Below, piece after piece: positions 1-12,480 of a stretch of DNA of 64,000 nucleotides (positions within the stretch are counted from its first letter, which is position 1; each line of letters starts with the position of its first letter). The stretch comes from Mobula hypostoma (lineage: Eukaryota), in contig NC_086102.1 in the NCBI RefSeq assembly GCF_963921235.1, positions 161,324,001-161,388,000 of the forward strand, given 5' to 3'. Made by a program: the position numbers and the translations under genes. A model generated the notes under the pieces. That model was given only the letters and a program-made list of their open reading frames with translations. It had not been told where the DNA came from and did no database searches.

Positions 1-189
1 CATGGAAAGCATCTGCAGCCATTTGAGCTTTCTTTTCTCATCTTCTAGCCTTCCGTTTTGGTTTACAACTTGCATTTAAATTTTTTGGTTCTATTTGTAA
101 ACTGGTCGCCCAGTTACAGTTTTGTTTTCCATGTTATCCGCATTTTACCACATCAGCACATTGAGTTTGTACAAGGGAAAAGCAGTAAC

Positions 190-540
190 AGAACGAAGAA
201 TAGGGTAAATGCAAGCAGGCTTTCCCACTGAAATTGGGTGAGACTAGAAAGAGAGGTCATAATTAAGGGTGAAAGGTGAAATATGTAAAGGAACCTGAGG
301 GGTTGTTCAATGAACATTCTTCACTCAGAAGGTGGGGAGAATGGAATGAGCTACCAGAGGAAGTGGCGAATGCAGGTTTGATTTCAACATTTAAGAGAAG
401 TTTGGATAGGTACATAAATGGGAGGGGTATGGAAGTCCAGATACATTTTGATGGTACAAGGCGGAATAACAGTTCAGCATGGATTAGATGGGCCGACGGG
501 TCTGTTTCTGTGCTGTAGTGTTCTGTGACTCAATGACTCT
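190..540 (+). mobile_element. CR1-like LINE 3' fragment
   Basis: WNELPEEVANAGLISTFKRSLDRY motif and a GACTCT-type tail. Confidence 0.75.
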
Positions 541-633
541 AATAAGGTAACTTACACTAAATGTTGGGGGAACTCAGCATGCCAGGCAGCATCTATGCTG
601 CAAAATAAATAGTCGATGTTTCGGGCCGAGACC

Positions 634-1240
634 TGTCCTGATGAGCCAGCAACAAGTATGGAGAGAGTCAAAGGAGAGGAAGCTGGTTTCCATAATGTGT
701 TGAGCTGTGTCTTCAACTTTCTGTGGTTCCTTGTGGTCACAGGAAAAGTAATTGCTGTGCCAAACCATGATGCTTTCTGTGGTGCATTGATAAAATTTGG
801 TGAGGGTCAAAAGGGTCATGCTAAAATTTTTAGCCTCCGAAGGAAGTAGAGGCGCTGGTGAGCATTTTTGGTTGTGGCATCTATGTGGTGGGACTAGAAC
901 AAGCTGTTGGTGATGTTCACTCCTAGGAACTTGAAGCTGTCAACCCTTGCTACCCCAGCATCACTCATATATGTAGAAGTAGGTGCACTGTTTCCCCTTC
1001 GTGAAGTTAAACCTTTTGCTTTGATGACATTGAAGGAAAGGTTGGTGTCATAACACCATGCTGCTAGGTTCTTTTCCTGTAGTAAGACTTATCAGTTTTT
1101 GAGATTCAGCCCACTAGGGTGGTGTCATGTGTAAACTTGTAAATGGAGTTAGAATAGTATTTGGCCACGCAGTTGTCAGTGTTTTGGAAGTAAAGTAGGG
1201 ACTGTAGATGAAGCCTTATAGGGTACCAGTGTCGAAGATA
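634..1240 (-). mobile_element. Rex1/L2-type LINE RT C-terminal fragment
   Basis: LTKFYQCTTESIMVW...QKVEDTAQHI in ORF 574-819. Confidence 0.6.
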
Positions 1241-4200
1241 ATCATGGCAAAGATGTTGATGTTTTAAACATCTTGAGAGCAAATACCATGGGAAACTCTT
1301 GAGCAAATAAAACCTGTTTGGCATGATAACTCCTTGGGCAAATAAAACCTGCCCTGAATCTCCACAGATGAACCTCAAACTGCCAAGCGTTTGTAACCAT
1401 TTCTTTCAAAATTGCATTCTAAACTTTCAGTCTAAAACTCATTCTCATCTAACCCACGATATCCACTCCATGAACTCTTTCCTCTTTACTTCTTTACAGC
1501 TAAACTTTGGTAAGAATAAATTCATTCCAAAAAGGTCAATAAAAGTGAAGTAGAGTTACCATGTTATGTTATCTCTGAAACCTAGGCACTGATAGACCAA
1601 GGGACTGCTGCACTATAAAAGAAGTTGTTTTAGAACTGATGTAAGATCTTCATCCTGAAACATTCACTCTAGTTTCTTCTTCAACACATGCTTCATGACT
1701 TATTATTTCCTGAATTTTCTGTTTTTATTTCATATATCTAACAATGTATCTGTTTCGCCAATTATTCTACCTTCCCCAACAACTGCACCAAGTAAAGGAA
1801 AATTACACAACCTTGTCACAGCTCTGAACTGTTTAACTAAGGATATTTTCCAAAACCCTCCACTGTAGCTTCTACATCTTTCCACTACCACTTAGACCAA
1901 ATTATATCAATCAAACTGTTGCTTTTTCTGAACTCCCAAGTAAAGTTCCTGAACTTTCACACAATCACAGCTGTGGCTTCAACCACCTGGACCAAAAGTC
2001 TCTCTGAGTCTTGAACTCCCTCACCTCATTTAAGACTCTTCTCAAAGCCAAACCTTCACCCTTTCAAAATGTTTCTCCTTCAATTGATTTTTTTTTCTCT
2101 CTAGTTGCGCATTTTTTAGTACACAAAAAAAAGTGTCATTGAATGTTTGGTTAATACTTAGACAATAAAGACTATAGGGATACAATATTAAATGGTAGCT
2201 AAAGCCCGGAGACTCATTATGCTGCATAATATATTTGTCCTCTAAGTTGTGTTAGCATCATACAAGATCAATAGCCAAAATGCTAGCAAACCCCACTTTA
2301 TCAGCATTCGGATTACATAATTTGCCCTTATAGATATCCAAAACAAAATTCACTCTTTATATAGGGGAAAATTAAATAAATAAATGCAAAATGAAGAAGA
2401 AGAAAAACAAACTTTAACTACTTTTATTTTTTCTAACTCATTTCTTGATGCATGCACAGACAATGTGGCAGGTTTTTCGGCACAATAATTTGTGGTACAT
2501 CTTTTGAGAGAGACAGGGAAATATCATTTCAGGACAATAACCTGTTATCAGAATTATCTCGGATTCATTTAGAACATCTATAGGTCACCATTCTCTCACC
2601 ATATCTCAGTTCCCATTTCTAACATTAATGCAACAAGGACTTTGCAGGAGGAATTCCGTGGGTCAAGCAGCTTCTGTTAGGAGAAAGGAATTATCGACTT
2701 CGTGTCAAACACTTGCAGCAGGACTGAGAGTGAGAGGGGAAATAGCCAGCATAAAGAGGAGAAGGGGTGTTGTGATATAGAGGCCAGAAGAAATTGGTAA
2801 ACTGATGGGAGGGCAGGAGAGTGACAGAGTGTTGAAGGATATCAGTTGCATCGAACCAATTAGGAGAGAGAGGTGCTCCCTATAGATGCTGCTTGAACCA
2901 CTGAGATCCTCTAATAGATTCATTGTTGCTCTAGTTTCCAACTTCTGCAGCCTCTTTTCAATCGAATATGCACTAAATGCTGACTACAATTTTGATATCT
3001 TCCTGATAATGGCTATTCGAAAATTGCATTCAAATCTACAACAATAGCCTAACCAATGTTCTGCATGAATTTGTTACTCATTGTTCTTGTGCTATGTACT
3101 CCAATGTACATCATCAAATTACTGTAGTTTTAATTTTGTCTTTAATACTTATTTGAATTCACTCTATTAAGGAATTAAGTAAGCTTCTGTTTTCCTCCGT
3201 ATACTTCTGCTTCTGTCTTATGTATGGTCTCATTTGATTTGCGGAAATTGATGTCATTAAATGGCTTCAAAGAGGAGGTGAAAGGTTTACTGTCCTATTT
3301 ATTCTGACATGCTGCCTTTACAAGGGCTTACCTGTGAGTGGCCTAACTACCTGCACGTTTCAGGTGCTTGACAGTATTTAACATTCAATTCTAGTCTTTG
3401 TCAGTTTGTAGATCCTTCAGTTGCCATTCCAAAGACAAAACTTGTAGCAGCCTACAGATTTCATGTTCTAACCTATTTTACCATGAAGAGATTTGAAGGA
3501 GTCCCAGAATGTTAACTGAACAATTTCTTTGGGTAACCAAGAGGAATGCTCCAATGCATAATCTTACCTTCCACAATTGCAATGCATCCCTGTAAACTGC
3601 TTTACTACCGGCCAGGCATACCTTATGAAAACCATTGTTGATTTACTTTAAGTCTGGCAAACTGCATCAGGATATTTGGAAAGGCAACCTTTTATTTCCA
3701 TTTGAAGTCCGGATCTCAAAATGGCTTGGTCTCTCTGTTGGAAATTGCATTCTATTGTTGCAAGCTAGTCACATAACAATTCAAATAAACCCTGTGTATC
3801 ATTTCTCCCAATATGTATGACAGTTTATTGTACAGTTGTGTTTTATGACTACTATCATACATCCTTTTCGCTAACCTTCTTCATTTTTTGTCAAACTCTC
3901 TACTTTTATGTTGTTAATTCGCAATCGTCCATACGGTAAATCTCTGAATGATTTATTGTAGGATTATTTGGAAATCCTAATAGTTTGGTAGTAGGCTCAC
4001 TGCAGCATTGTTTTACAGTCTCTTTAAACTCATTGTGTCCACTGGGAACGTTAATATAGCAGTGCATAATTTTATTTATTGTACTTCTGAACAACATCTA
4101 AAATGTGAATTAAAGATAGACAGGAGTATTGATATGAATGATGTTCAATAGTCTATTGGGATTGACCACCACTAAAGTCCCGAGAATACTGAATTATCAT

Positions 4201-4599
4201 GGACTCATTGTATTGATCAACAGCAAAATTATAATTGGGAGTACTATTTCCAACTCTTCTTGGTTCCAAGATGACCAACAGCCTTTCACTAACTTCGTCC
4301 TTGTCTTTCTAATTTATGCTGCTGACTTTCCTTGTTTTCTCAATTTTTCTCTCAATTTTTCTCACAATTTTTGAGTAAAATCTTCATCAAAATGCTTCTG
4401 AAAATCTGTATGGATACTGTACTCTTTTTATCACATCAATATATTCAAATTATTTCTCGTTGTTCTGTTTAGATTCCATGTGTATTTTAATATACTTATG
4501 TAACTGTTAGTTAAATAATTGCTAGTTTATTTTGCATGTTTGTCATATTTTAGCCTATGGCTTAACATCAGTTGAAATTAATACTATTCATGTTTTTAG

Positions 4600-4830
4600 G
4601 AGTACCACATTTCTTCATTTGAAGAAAGACTTATCAAAGAAATTGAATTCCGAATCATTAGAATTACTTTGGAAGAGCTTCTAGAGGAAGATGGTGAAGA
4701 AATGGTATTAGATATTCCAGCTGAGGAATCCATTGAACCAGGATTTGATTCAACAGTGAAAAGTTATAGAATTCTTGATGGAATGGGTGTAACCTTCTTT
4801 TGTAAAGTATCTGGTTATCCATTGCCTAAG
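4600..4830 (+). CDS. TTN: Titin exon (human exon ~23 homolog), Z-disc edge unique sequence plus start of an Ig domain
   Basis: AG at 4598-4599, GT at 4831. Translates EYHISSFEERLIKEIEFRIIRITLEELLEEDGEE...MGVTFFCKVSGYPLPK, recognisably titin. Confidence 0.93.
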
Positions 4831-4991
4831 GTAAACAATATTTGCATTACAGACCAAACATGCCTACAATATAAGATCAGAATATTTGGATGAAATGTAT
4901 TTTTAACAATTTGAAAAGCTTAGGTAAACTGTTTAATTTATGTAAACATATTTAATTTATCTTGATGGTATGCATTTTGTATTTTCTTTAG

Positions 4992-5236
4992 ATTGTATGG
5001 TTCAAAGATGGTAAACGCCTGAAACAGGGAGATCACTATGTTATGGAGACTTCTCAGGATGGTAAAGCGGAATTACGGATTTCTGCAGTTTTGCCAGAGG
5101 ATGAAGGCATTTACACAGTGTTGGCCAGCAACATCAAAGGAAATGCCATTTGCTCTGGAAAATTGTTCATAGAGCCTGTTGGTGCTCCAGCAACCCAGAC
5201 TCATTTATCAACAACAGAAATTATGAGAAGAATGCG
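4992..5236 (+). CDS. TTN: Titin exon (~24), Ig domain second half
   Basis: AG|ATT GTA TGG TTC AAA GAT GGT (IVWFKDG)...[23 protein letters not shown]; donor CG|GTAAGA; 245 nt. Confidence 0.95.
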
Positions 5237-5360
5237 GTAAGACATTCTCTCTTTTCATTGTGTTTCATATTCTGTAGCAATTAGAACTTTGCCAAGTTAA
5301 TCAGTTTGTGATTTCCAAATGGAAATTTCAAAATTAAAATTGCTTATTCCCTTTTTCTAG

Positions 5361-5557
5361 CTCTGTGTCTCCACGATCTCCAAGTCGGTCACCAGCACGT
5401 AGGCTGGAAGATACAGATGAGACTCAACTTGAGAGATTGTACAAACCTGTTTTTGTTTTGAAACCTACATCATTTAAATGTTCTGAAGGACAAACTGCTA
5501 GATTTGACCTGAAAGTTGTTGGCAGGCCCATGCCAGAGACATTGTGGTTTCATAATG
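5361..5557 (+). CDS. TTN: Titin exon (~25), SP-rich linker plus Ig start
   Basis: RSVSPRSPSRSPARRLEDTDETQLERLYKPVFVLKP...PETLWFHN; flanked by TTCTAG and GTAAGA. Confidence 0.95.
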
Positions 5558-5638
5558 GTAAGAATGATATATTCTCATGCTAATGAATCCAAAAATAGAG
5601 TGAATTTCAGTAGTTAATATAATATGTATCTGATCTAG

Positions 5639-5803
5639 GAAATCAAATTGTGAATGACTATACTCACAAGATTGTGGTGAAAGAAGATGGAATTCAGTCA
5701 TTGATCATTGTTCCTGCATTGCCAATTGATTCTGGTGAATGGACTGTTGTAGCACAAAACCGAGCTGGCAAAACATCTGTCTCTATGACTTTATCTGTAG
5801 AAG
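5639..5803 (+). CDS. TTN: Titin exon (~26), Ig second half
   Basis: GNQIVNDYTHKIVVKEDG...DSGEWTVVAQNRAGK; AG at 5637-5638, GT at 5804; 165 nt. Confidence 0.95.
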
Positions 5804-5954
5804 GTAACATAAAATTTATTATATTAATTAATTAAAATATCTTAAATATATGTAAGCCAATCTTTTGTCAGAAATAATGCTTATTATTTCTTGCAAAAGA
5901 CAGATACAGAGTAATGATGAACAACAGCATCAGTAGTTGAGATTAGTTGATGCT

Positions 5955-6202
5955 TTTTTTTAGCGTGTTGCACCAGACAGTCAGCCATTCTTGTCTGGCG
6001 TGTGGTGTCAGGATTGGTCTCCTTTCGGAGTAACTAGGTCTCGATATGAACGTTCCTGACTCGACCCTTTTTTTTTTATGAGGCCGAGTGGCTAGCTCGA
6101 CACACAACCTGGCATGGATGGAAAGCATGTTCGGGGGGGGTGGCCCGACTTGGATTCGAACCTGGGAGCCTTTGCTCCAGAGTCCAGCACTGATGCCATT
6201 GC
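5955..6202 (-). mobile_element. tRNA-derived SINE with 11-bp TSD
   Basis: Minus-strand B-box GGTTCGAATCC near the 5' end; A-rich tail; TSD TAGTTGATGCT at 5944-5954 and 6203-6213. Confidence 0.75.
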
Positions 6203-6507
6203 TAGTTGATGCTAGTTACCTAATTAGTGGATAATACTGAGTTTCCACTATGTGCATTATTTTGAAAGCACTAAGGGACTATGGAATCATGGTAGAAGGA
6301 ATTCAATTCAATTTGAGAGAATTAGGCTGTTGAGTGAATATTAAATAAAAAAAAATAAGTAATAAGCCCCTGCTCCCTCCCTCTTCAGTCCTGACGAAGG
6401 GCCTTGGCCCAAAATGTTGACTGTGCGTTTCCACGGATGCTGCCCAACCTGCTGAGTTCCTCCAGCTTTTTGTGCGTGTTGCTTTGACTCCAGTATTTGC
6501 AGAGTAT

Positions 6508-6715
6508 CAAGCAACACACATCAAAGTTGCTGGTGAACACAGCAGGCCAGGCAGCATCTGTAGGAAGAGGTGCAGTCGACGTTTCAGGCCTGACGAAGGG
6601 TCTCGGCCTGAAACGTCGACTGCACCTCTTCCTACAGATGCTGCCTGGCCTGCTGCGTTCACCAGCAACTTTGATGTGTGTTGCTTGAATTTCCAGCATC
6701 TGCAGAATTCCTGTG
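6508..6715. mobile_element. Penelope-derived fold-back element with hammerhead motif
   Basis: ~80-bp inverted arms; TSD ATTTGCAGAGTAT at 6495-6507 and 6716-6728; inserted into a related short element starting ~6380. Confidence 0.8.
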
Positions 6716-6989
6716 ATTTGCAGAGTATTTTGTGTTTAAAATAAGTGTGCTAGTTGAAAAACATATTTTGTCCAGTTATGAACAGGATATATGTTGTGTT
6801 GCTCTGACAGCAGAACTGGAATGTCTGCTTTGTTTAATTAAAAAGGTTAACATTTTGTCAGACCTTATCTTCCAGTACTCACTATATCAGACAACAAATG
6901 ACTTTCTTGCTGCCTAGCTGGTTTAACTGGAGAATATTGACAGATTTAATTACAATAAAAAAGTTATGGCCTCGATGAGCCTTAGACAT

Positions 6990-7280
6990 GGAGAGGGTGT
7001 TTATGATAGTGGGGGGAGTCCGGGACCAGAGGTACAACCTCAGAATACCAGGTCATCCCTTTAGAACAGAGATGAGGAGAGATTTATTTAGCCAGAAGGT
7101 GGTGAATTCTGGGTATATTTAAAGCGAAGGTTGATAGGTTCTTGATTATTAAGTGTGTCAAAGGTTACAGAGAGAAGGCTGGAGAATGGAGTTGAGAGGG
7201 ATAGTAAATCAGCCATGATGGAATGGCAGAGTAGACTCGATGAGCTGAATGGCTCAATTCTGCTCCTTCTTCTTATGGTC
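6990..7280 (+). mobile_element. CR1-like LINE 3' fragment
   Basis: GESGTRGTNLRI...FRTEMRRDLFSQKVVN-like coding remnant and 3' UTR. Confidence 0.7.
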
Positions 7281-7366
7281 TTCTGGCCCAATGCCATTTT
7301 GTACAGAAACTCCGTATGCTCTATATTCCAACTGGCTACATTGATAGGAAAACAAAAAGAATAGAT

Positions 7367-7655
7367 TGTAGCGGTGTGCTACACACAGTGCTAAAATAAC
7401 AACACGTAGTCGGTGAGTTGCAGTTGCGAAAAAAAGAGGTTTATGCAAACTTTGTGGCCTCCTTTAAAGCCTTCCTGTTCCCGCCCTCCCCGGGCGGGAC
7501 TGCTGTGGGGAATGCATATTCGCAGACCCTTCCCGCGCGCGGGATTTTCCCTCTGCTGGTGAAGATGGCCTGGCGCCCTTTTTGGGGCCGGCCTCTCTGC
7601 CAGCGCGCGCTGTTTTGTGAGCCGGTTCGAGTGCGCTGGAAAGTGGGTCACCACA
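7367..7655 (-). repeat. 3' LTR of the Gypsy element
   Basis: 289 bp, TGTAG...CCACA; roughly 90% identical by eye to 11407-11694. Confidence 0.95.
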
Positions 7656-7671
7656 TAACCACCGCCCCCCC
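7656..7671 (-). other. Polypurine tract
   Basis: Minus strand GGGGGGGCGGTGGTTA immediately before the 3' LTR. Confidence 0.75.
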
Positions 7672-7749
7672 AGAACCGGCGATACATCCCCCAATGTCCA
7701 CAGTCTGGATCGGCCTCTGTTTGGGAGGTCTGCCTCTGCGCCCCGGTGC

Positions 7750-10700
7750 CTGAGCCCGGACCGGTTGCGCCAAGTCCACATGGGCCGGTTTGAGTCGGTC
7801 CACCGTGAAAACCTCCTCTCTCCCCCCAATGTCCAGCACGAACATGGACCCGTTGTTCCTGATCACCTTAAATGGCCCCTCGTAGGGCCGCCGTAGCGGT
7901 GCCCGGTATCCGCCCGGTCGTACAAAAAGAAACTTACAGTTCTGCAGGTCTTTGGGTACGCAGGTCGGGCTCTGTCCGTGCTGTGAAGTGGGTACGGGGG
8001 CCAGGTTACCGAGCCTCTCAAGTAGTCTGTCCAGGACTGCTGCGGGTTCCTCCTCTTGCCCCCTTGGGGCCGGTATGAACTCTACTGGGACTACCAGGGG
8101 TGCTCCGTACACCAACTCGGCCGACAAGGTGTGCAGATCCTCCTTGGGCACCGTGCGGACTCTGAGCAGGACCCAGGGAAGTTCGTCCACCCAGTTAGGC
8201 CCTTCCAGGCGGGCCATGAGAGCCGACTTCAGGTGACGGTGGAAACGCTACACTAGTCCGTTTGACTGTGGGTGGGAGGCAGTTGTGTGGTGTAGCTGTG
8301 TTCCTAAAAGGCTGGCCATAGCTGACCACAGGCTGGAGGTGAACTGGGCACCCCTGTCGGAGGTAATGTGGGCTGGTACCCCGAAGCGTTCTACCCAGGT
8401 TGCGATCGGTGCTCGGGCGCAGGATTTGGAGGTGGTGTCGTTGAGCGGGACCGCCTCTGGCCATCTGGTGAACCGGTCTACGATAGTTAGGAGGTACCGC
8501 GCTCCTCGTGACACTGGCAGGGGCCCCACGATATCCACATGAATGTGTTCGAACCTCCAGCGGGTGGGTTCAAACTGCTGCGTCAGAGCCTTGGTGTGCC
8601 GCTGCACCTTGGCCGTTTGGCACTGCATGCACGTTTTGGCCCATTCACTGACCTGTTTATGACGTCCATGCCAAACAAACCTGTTGGAGACCAGCCGGAC
8701 GGTTGTCCTGATGGAGGGGTGCGCTAAGTTGTGAATGGAGTTGAAAACTCGCCGGCGCCAGGCTGCCGGGACGATGGGGTGGAGTTGGCCGGTAGCTACG
8801 TCACACAGTAGAGTCCTCTCACCTGGGCCTACGGGGAGGTCTTGGAGCTGCAAACCGGAGATCTCAGTTCTGTAACTAGGGATCTCATCGTCTGCCTGCT
8901 GTGCTTCTGCCAGCGCTGTATAGTCCACCCCCGGGACAGGGCCTGTATGGTAGATCTGGATAGTGCGTCCGCCACGACATTGTCCTTTCCCGAGACATGC
9001 CGGATGTCCGTCATGTATTTGGAGATGTAGGACAGATGTCGCTGCTGGCGGGACGACCAGGGATCATACACCTTAGTGAATGCAAAGGTAAGCGGTTTGT
9101 GGTCTGTGAACGCGGTGAAGGGCCTACCTTCTAAGAAGTACCTGAAATGCTGGATTACCAGTTATAGTGCCAATAGCTCCCGGTCGAAAGCACTGTATTT
9201 GAGTTTGGGTGGTCGTAGGTGTTTGCTGAAGAATGCCAGGGGTTGCCAGCGATCCTCGATGAGTTGTTCCAGCACTCTACTGACTGCTGTGTTGGATGCG
9301 TCCACCGTGAGGGCAGTAGGAACATCCATTCTGGGGTGCACTAGCATCGCGGCGTTTGCCAAGGCTTCTTTGGTTTTAACGAAAGCGGCTGCGGCCTCTT
9401 CGTCCCAGGTAATGTCCTGCCCTTACCCGACATTAGAGTGAACAAAGGGGCACATGATTCGGGCTGCTGAGGGGAGGAAACGGTGGTAGAAATTCACCAT
9501 ACCCACAAATTCCTGAAGGCCTTTGATTGTGTTGGGTCGGGGGAAGTGGCGGACCGTGCCTACCTTGGCGGGCAGAAGGGTTACCCTGTCTTCAGTAATC
9601 CTGTGGCCCAGGAAGTCGATGGTGTCGAGTCCAAACTGGCATTTGGCCGGGTTGATTGCAAGACTAAATTCGCTCAGTCGGACGTAGAGTTGACGGAGGT
9701 GGGACAGATGTTCCTGATGACTATTGCTGGCTATGAGGATGTCGTCCAAATAGATGAATGCAAAGTCCAGGTCGCGTCCCACCGCGTCCATTAGCCGCTG
9801 GAATGTCTGTGTGGCATTCGGAGCGATTCGAAAAGGCCGAACGGGGTGGTGAGTGCTGTTTTGGGGATGTCGTCTGGATGTACCGGGATTTGATGGTATC
9901 CCCGGACGAGGTCTACCTTGGAAAAGATCCTTGCGCCGTGTAGGTTTGCTGCAAAGTCTTGAATGTGTGGCACAGGGTAGCTGTCTGGCGTTGTAGCCTC
10001 GTTCAGTCTGCGGTAGTCGCCGCATGGTCTCCAGCCCCCCGTTGCCTTGGGCACCATGTGCAGGTCCATGGGCTGTCGGACCGTCGTATGATCCCCAATT
10101 CCTCCATCTTCTTGAACTCCTCCTTCGCCAGTCGGAGCTTGTCCAGGGGAAGCCTTCGAGCACGGGCGTGGAGGGGTGGTCCCTGGGTCGGGATGTGGTG
10201 CTGTACTCCATGTCTGGGCATGGCTGCCGTGAACTGCGGTGTCAGTACTGATGGGAAATCCGCCAGGACCCTGGTGAATTCGTCGTCGGACAGCGTGATG
10301 GAGTCCAGGTGTGGGGCTGGCAACTTGGCTTCACCCAGGGAGAATGTTTGAAAAGTCTTGGCGTGGACTAGTCGCTTCCCTTGCATTTGACCAGCAGGCT
10401 GTGAGCTCGCAGAAAATCCGCCCCAAGGAGTGGTTGGGCCACGGCGGCCAGTGTGAAGTCCCACATGAACCGGCTGGAGCTGAACTGTAGCCGCACTGTG
10501 CGGGTGCCGTAGGTCTGTATTGTGCTGCCATTTGCGGCCCTCAGAGTGGGTCTCGGTTCTCTGTTGCAGGTTTCATAACTCATTGGAGGTAAAACGCTGA
10601 TCTCCGCTCCCGTGTCGACCAAAAAGCGGCGTCCCGACTGCTTGTGCCAGACATACAGGAGGCTGTCCTAATGGCCAGTCGCCGTAGCCATCAGCGGCCT

Positions 10701-11365
10701 GGCGTTTCCTGGGAATTTGCAGGGTGGTCTACAGCGGCGGTGGTAGAAGCACCATTGTTCATTGGGCTCCTCACTCCCGTCGCCGGGTTTTGTAGGCTCT
10801 GCTGCGGGGCCTGGTCTTGTCTGCCGTTGGACATGTGGCTTGGTGATCTGTGCGACGGACGCCCCTCTCTCCTTCTTGGCATTCCACAGCACATCTGCCT
10901 GGGCCACCACCTTCCGTTGTCGCTGAAATCTGCGTCGGACAGCAGCAGGCATATGTCCTCCGGCAGTTGCTCTAGGAACGCCTGCTCAAACAAGAGGCAG
11001 GGTTTGTGTCCTTCAGCCAGGGCCAGCATTTCGTTCATTAATGCCGACGGCGGCTTGTCTCCCAGACCATCCAGTTGCAGGTAAGCAGGCAGCTCGCTCG
11101 CACTGTGAGAGTCCAAAAGTCCTTATGAGCAGGGCTTTGAATGCTGTGTATTCGCCATCCTCCGAGGGCGACTGTATAACCTCCTTAATTTGTGCAGCTG
11201 TCTCCTGGTCGAGGGAGCTCACCACATAGTAGTAACGAGTGAAATCCAAGGTTATCTGTCGAATGTGGAATTGGGCTTCTGCTTGTTTGAACCATAGGCG
11301 AGGTCACAGCATCCAGAAGCTTGGCAGTTTTAACGAAACTGCGTGAACAGATGTGGCCTCGGTCA
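7750..11365 (-). pseudogene. Frameshifted gag-pol of the Gypsy element
   Basis: Domains split across ORFs 11013-11249, 10691-11116, 10368-10622, 9791-10069, 9423-10211, 9162-9362, 8248-8928, 7648-8217. Confidence 0.88.
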
Positions 11366-11390
11366 CCTCTGGTCCAAATATCGTTTGGGC

Positions 11391-11404
11391 CGTCGGGGTC
11401 ACCA
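11391..11404 (-). other. Primer-binding site, tRNA-Trp type
   Basis: Minus strand TGGTGACCCCGACG two nt after the LTR; equals the first 14 nt of the avian retrovirus tRNA-Trp PBS (TGGTGACCCCGACGTGAT) as recalled. Confidence 0.8.
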
Positions 11405-11406
11405 AA

Positions 11407-11694
11407 TGTAGTGGTGTGCTACACACAGCGCTAGAATAACGACACGTAGTTGGTGAGTTGTAGTTGCAAAAAAAGGAGGTTTATTCAATCTCGTGGCCTC
11501 CTTTAAAGCCTTCCCGTTCCCGCCCTTCGCTGGCGGGACTGCTGTGGGGAATGCATATTCGCAGACCCTTCCCATGCGTGGGTTTTTCCCCCTGCTGGTG
11601 AAGATGGCCTGGCGCCCTTTTTGGGGCTGGCCTCTCTGCTGGCGCGCGCTGTTTTGTGAGCCGGTTTGAGTGCGCTGGGAAGTGGGTCACCACA
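11407..11694 (-). repeat. 5' LTR of the Gypsy element
   Basis: 288 bp, TGTAG...CCACA; adjacent to the PBS. Confidence 0.95.
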
Positions 11695-12218
11695 AGATCA
11701 TTCATCTCCTCAGGTTTAGTTTCTCCATTAAGTGAGATAATGGTTACTTGGAGACTTAACTCCAATCGCTTTCTAAATGTTCGGTTAGCAGATTAATAGG
11801 TGCCAGTGGTTGCTTTATGAGATCTGTATTATACTACAATACCGGTGGAAAAATAAGACAAAACTAAACACAAAGTATTTCTAAACAAAGGTCAGGGGAC
11901 TCTATTATTTGCTATAATGGGAAGATATTGTCCTACTTCTAGATTTCTGTAGTATTTTGAGTCAATAGCTAATAAATGCACAACATAAAATGCATATGAA
12001 TTGTAAGTTATTTTACTTGATGGAAGGAAGCATTTTTAGCAGTAACATATGCATCCTTGAATGGTGTAGAAAGAATGGTATTTGCAATGTGGATCTTTAT
12101 CTCTGTTGCACAGCAAATGAAACACAGAATTACTAAAATTTATCTTCAAATTATACTGTATTTTGAGTATGCCTTACTGCAGATACAAATTTAAATTTCA
12201 AAACTCTTCTTTTAATAG

Positions 12219-12387
12219 CTAAAGAACATTTACTGAGACCCCAGTTTTTGGAAAAATTGAAAAATGTCAGTGTTAAAGAAGGTGACCCGATTGCAATGGG
12301 AGTAAAAGCTGTTGGAAACCCAAATCCTGATATTGTATGGCTGAAAAACAGTGATATTATTGCTCCACACAAGTATCCTCATATTAA
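12219..12387 (+). CDS. TTN: Titin exon (~27), Ig first half
   Basis: AKEHLLRPQFLEKLKNVSVKEGDPIAMGVKAVGNPNPDIVWLKNSDIIAPHKYPHI; TTTAATAG acceptor, GTAAGT donor; 169 nt. Not in the ORF track because it lacks a start codon. Confidence 0.93.
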
Positions 12388-12480
12388 GTAAGTATTTTGC
12401 AATTCTGATAATATTAATGTTAATGTGCATTTTACACGTTTTATTTGTCATATTATAATTTCTGCTTGCTTGTATTTTAG

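Larger units (their letters stand above)
7367..11694 (-). mobile_element. Ty3/Gypsy LTR retrotransposon, full length (4.3 kb), degenerate, antisense in a titin intron
   Basis: Two TG...CA LTRs; 4-bp TSD AGAT (7363-7366, 11695-11698); PBS; PPT; gag, protease (VDTGA), RT (YLDD), RNase H and integrase (HHCC; VDIVGP, SDRG) in Gypsy order. Confidence 0.95.

Noticed and set aside
1-4599. Additional upstream titin exons
   Set aside because: No Ig or titin-like translation found; only repeat remnants and AT-rich intron.
6140-6202. tRNA gene
   Set aside because: Only a B-box and a partial cloverleaf; it is the head of a TSD-flanked SINE.
7367-11694. GC-rich, ORF-dense block as bacterial contamination or horizontal transfer
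   Set aside because: Fully explained by a Gypsy element with LTRs and a TSD; the plus-strand ORFs are antisense shadows.
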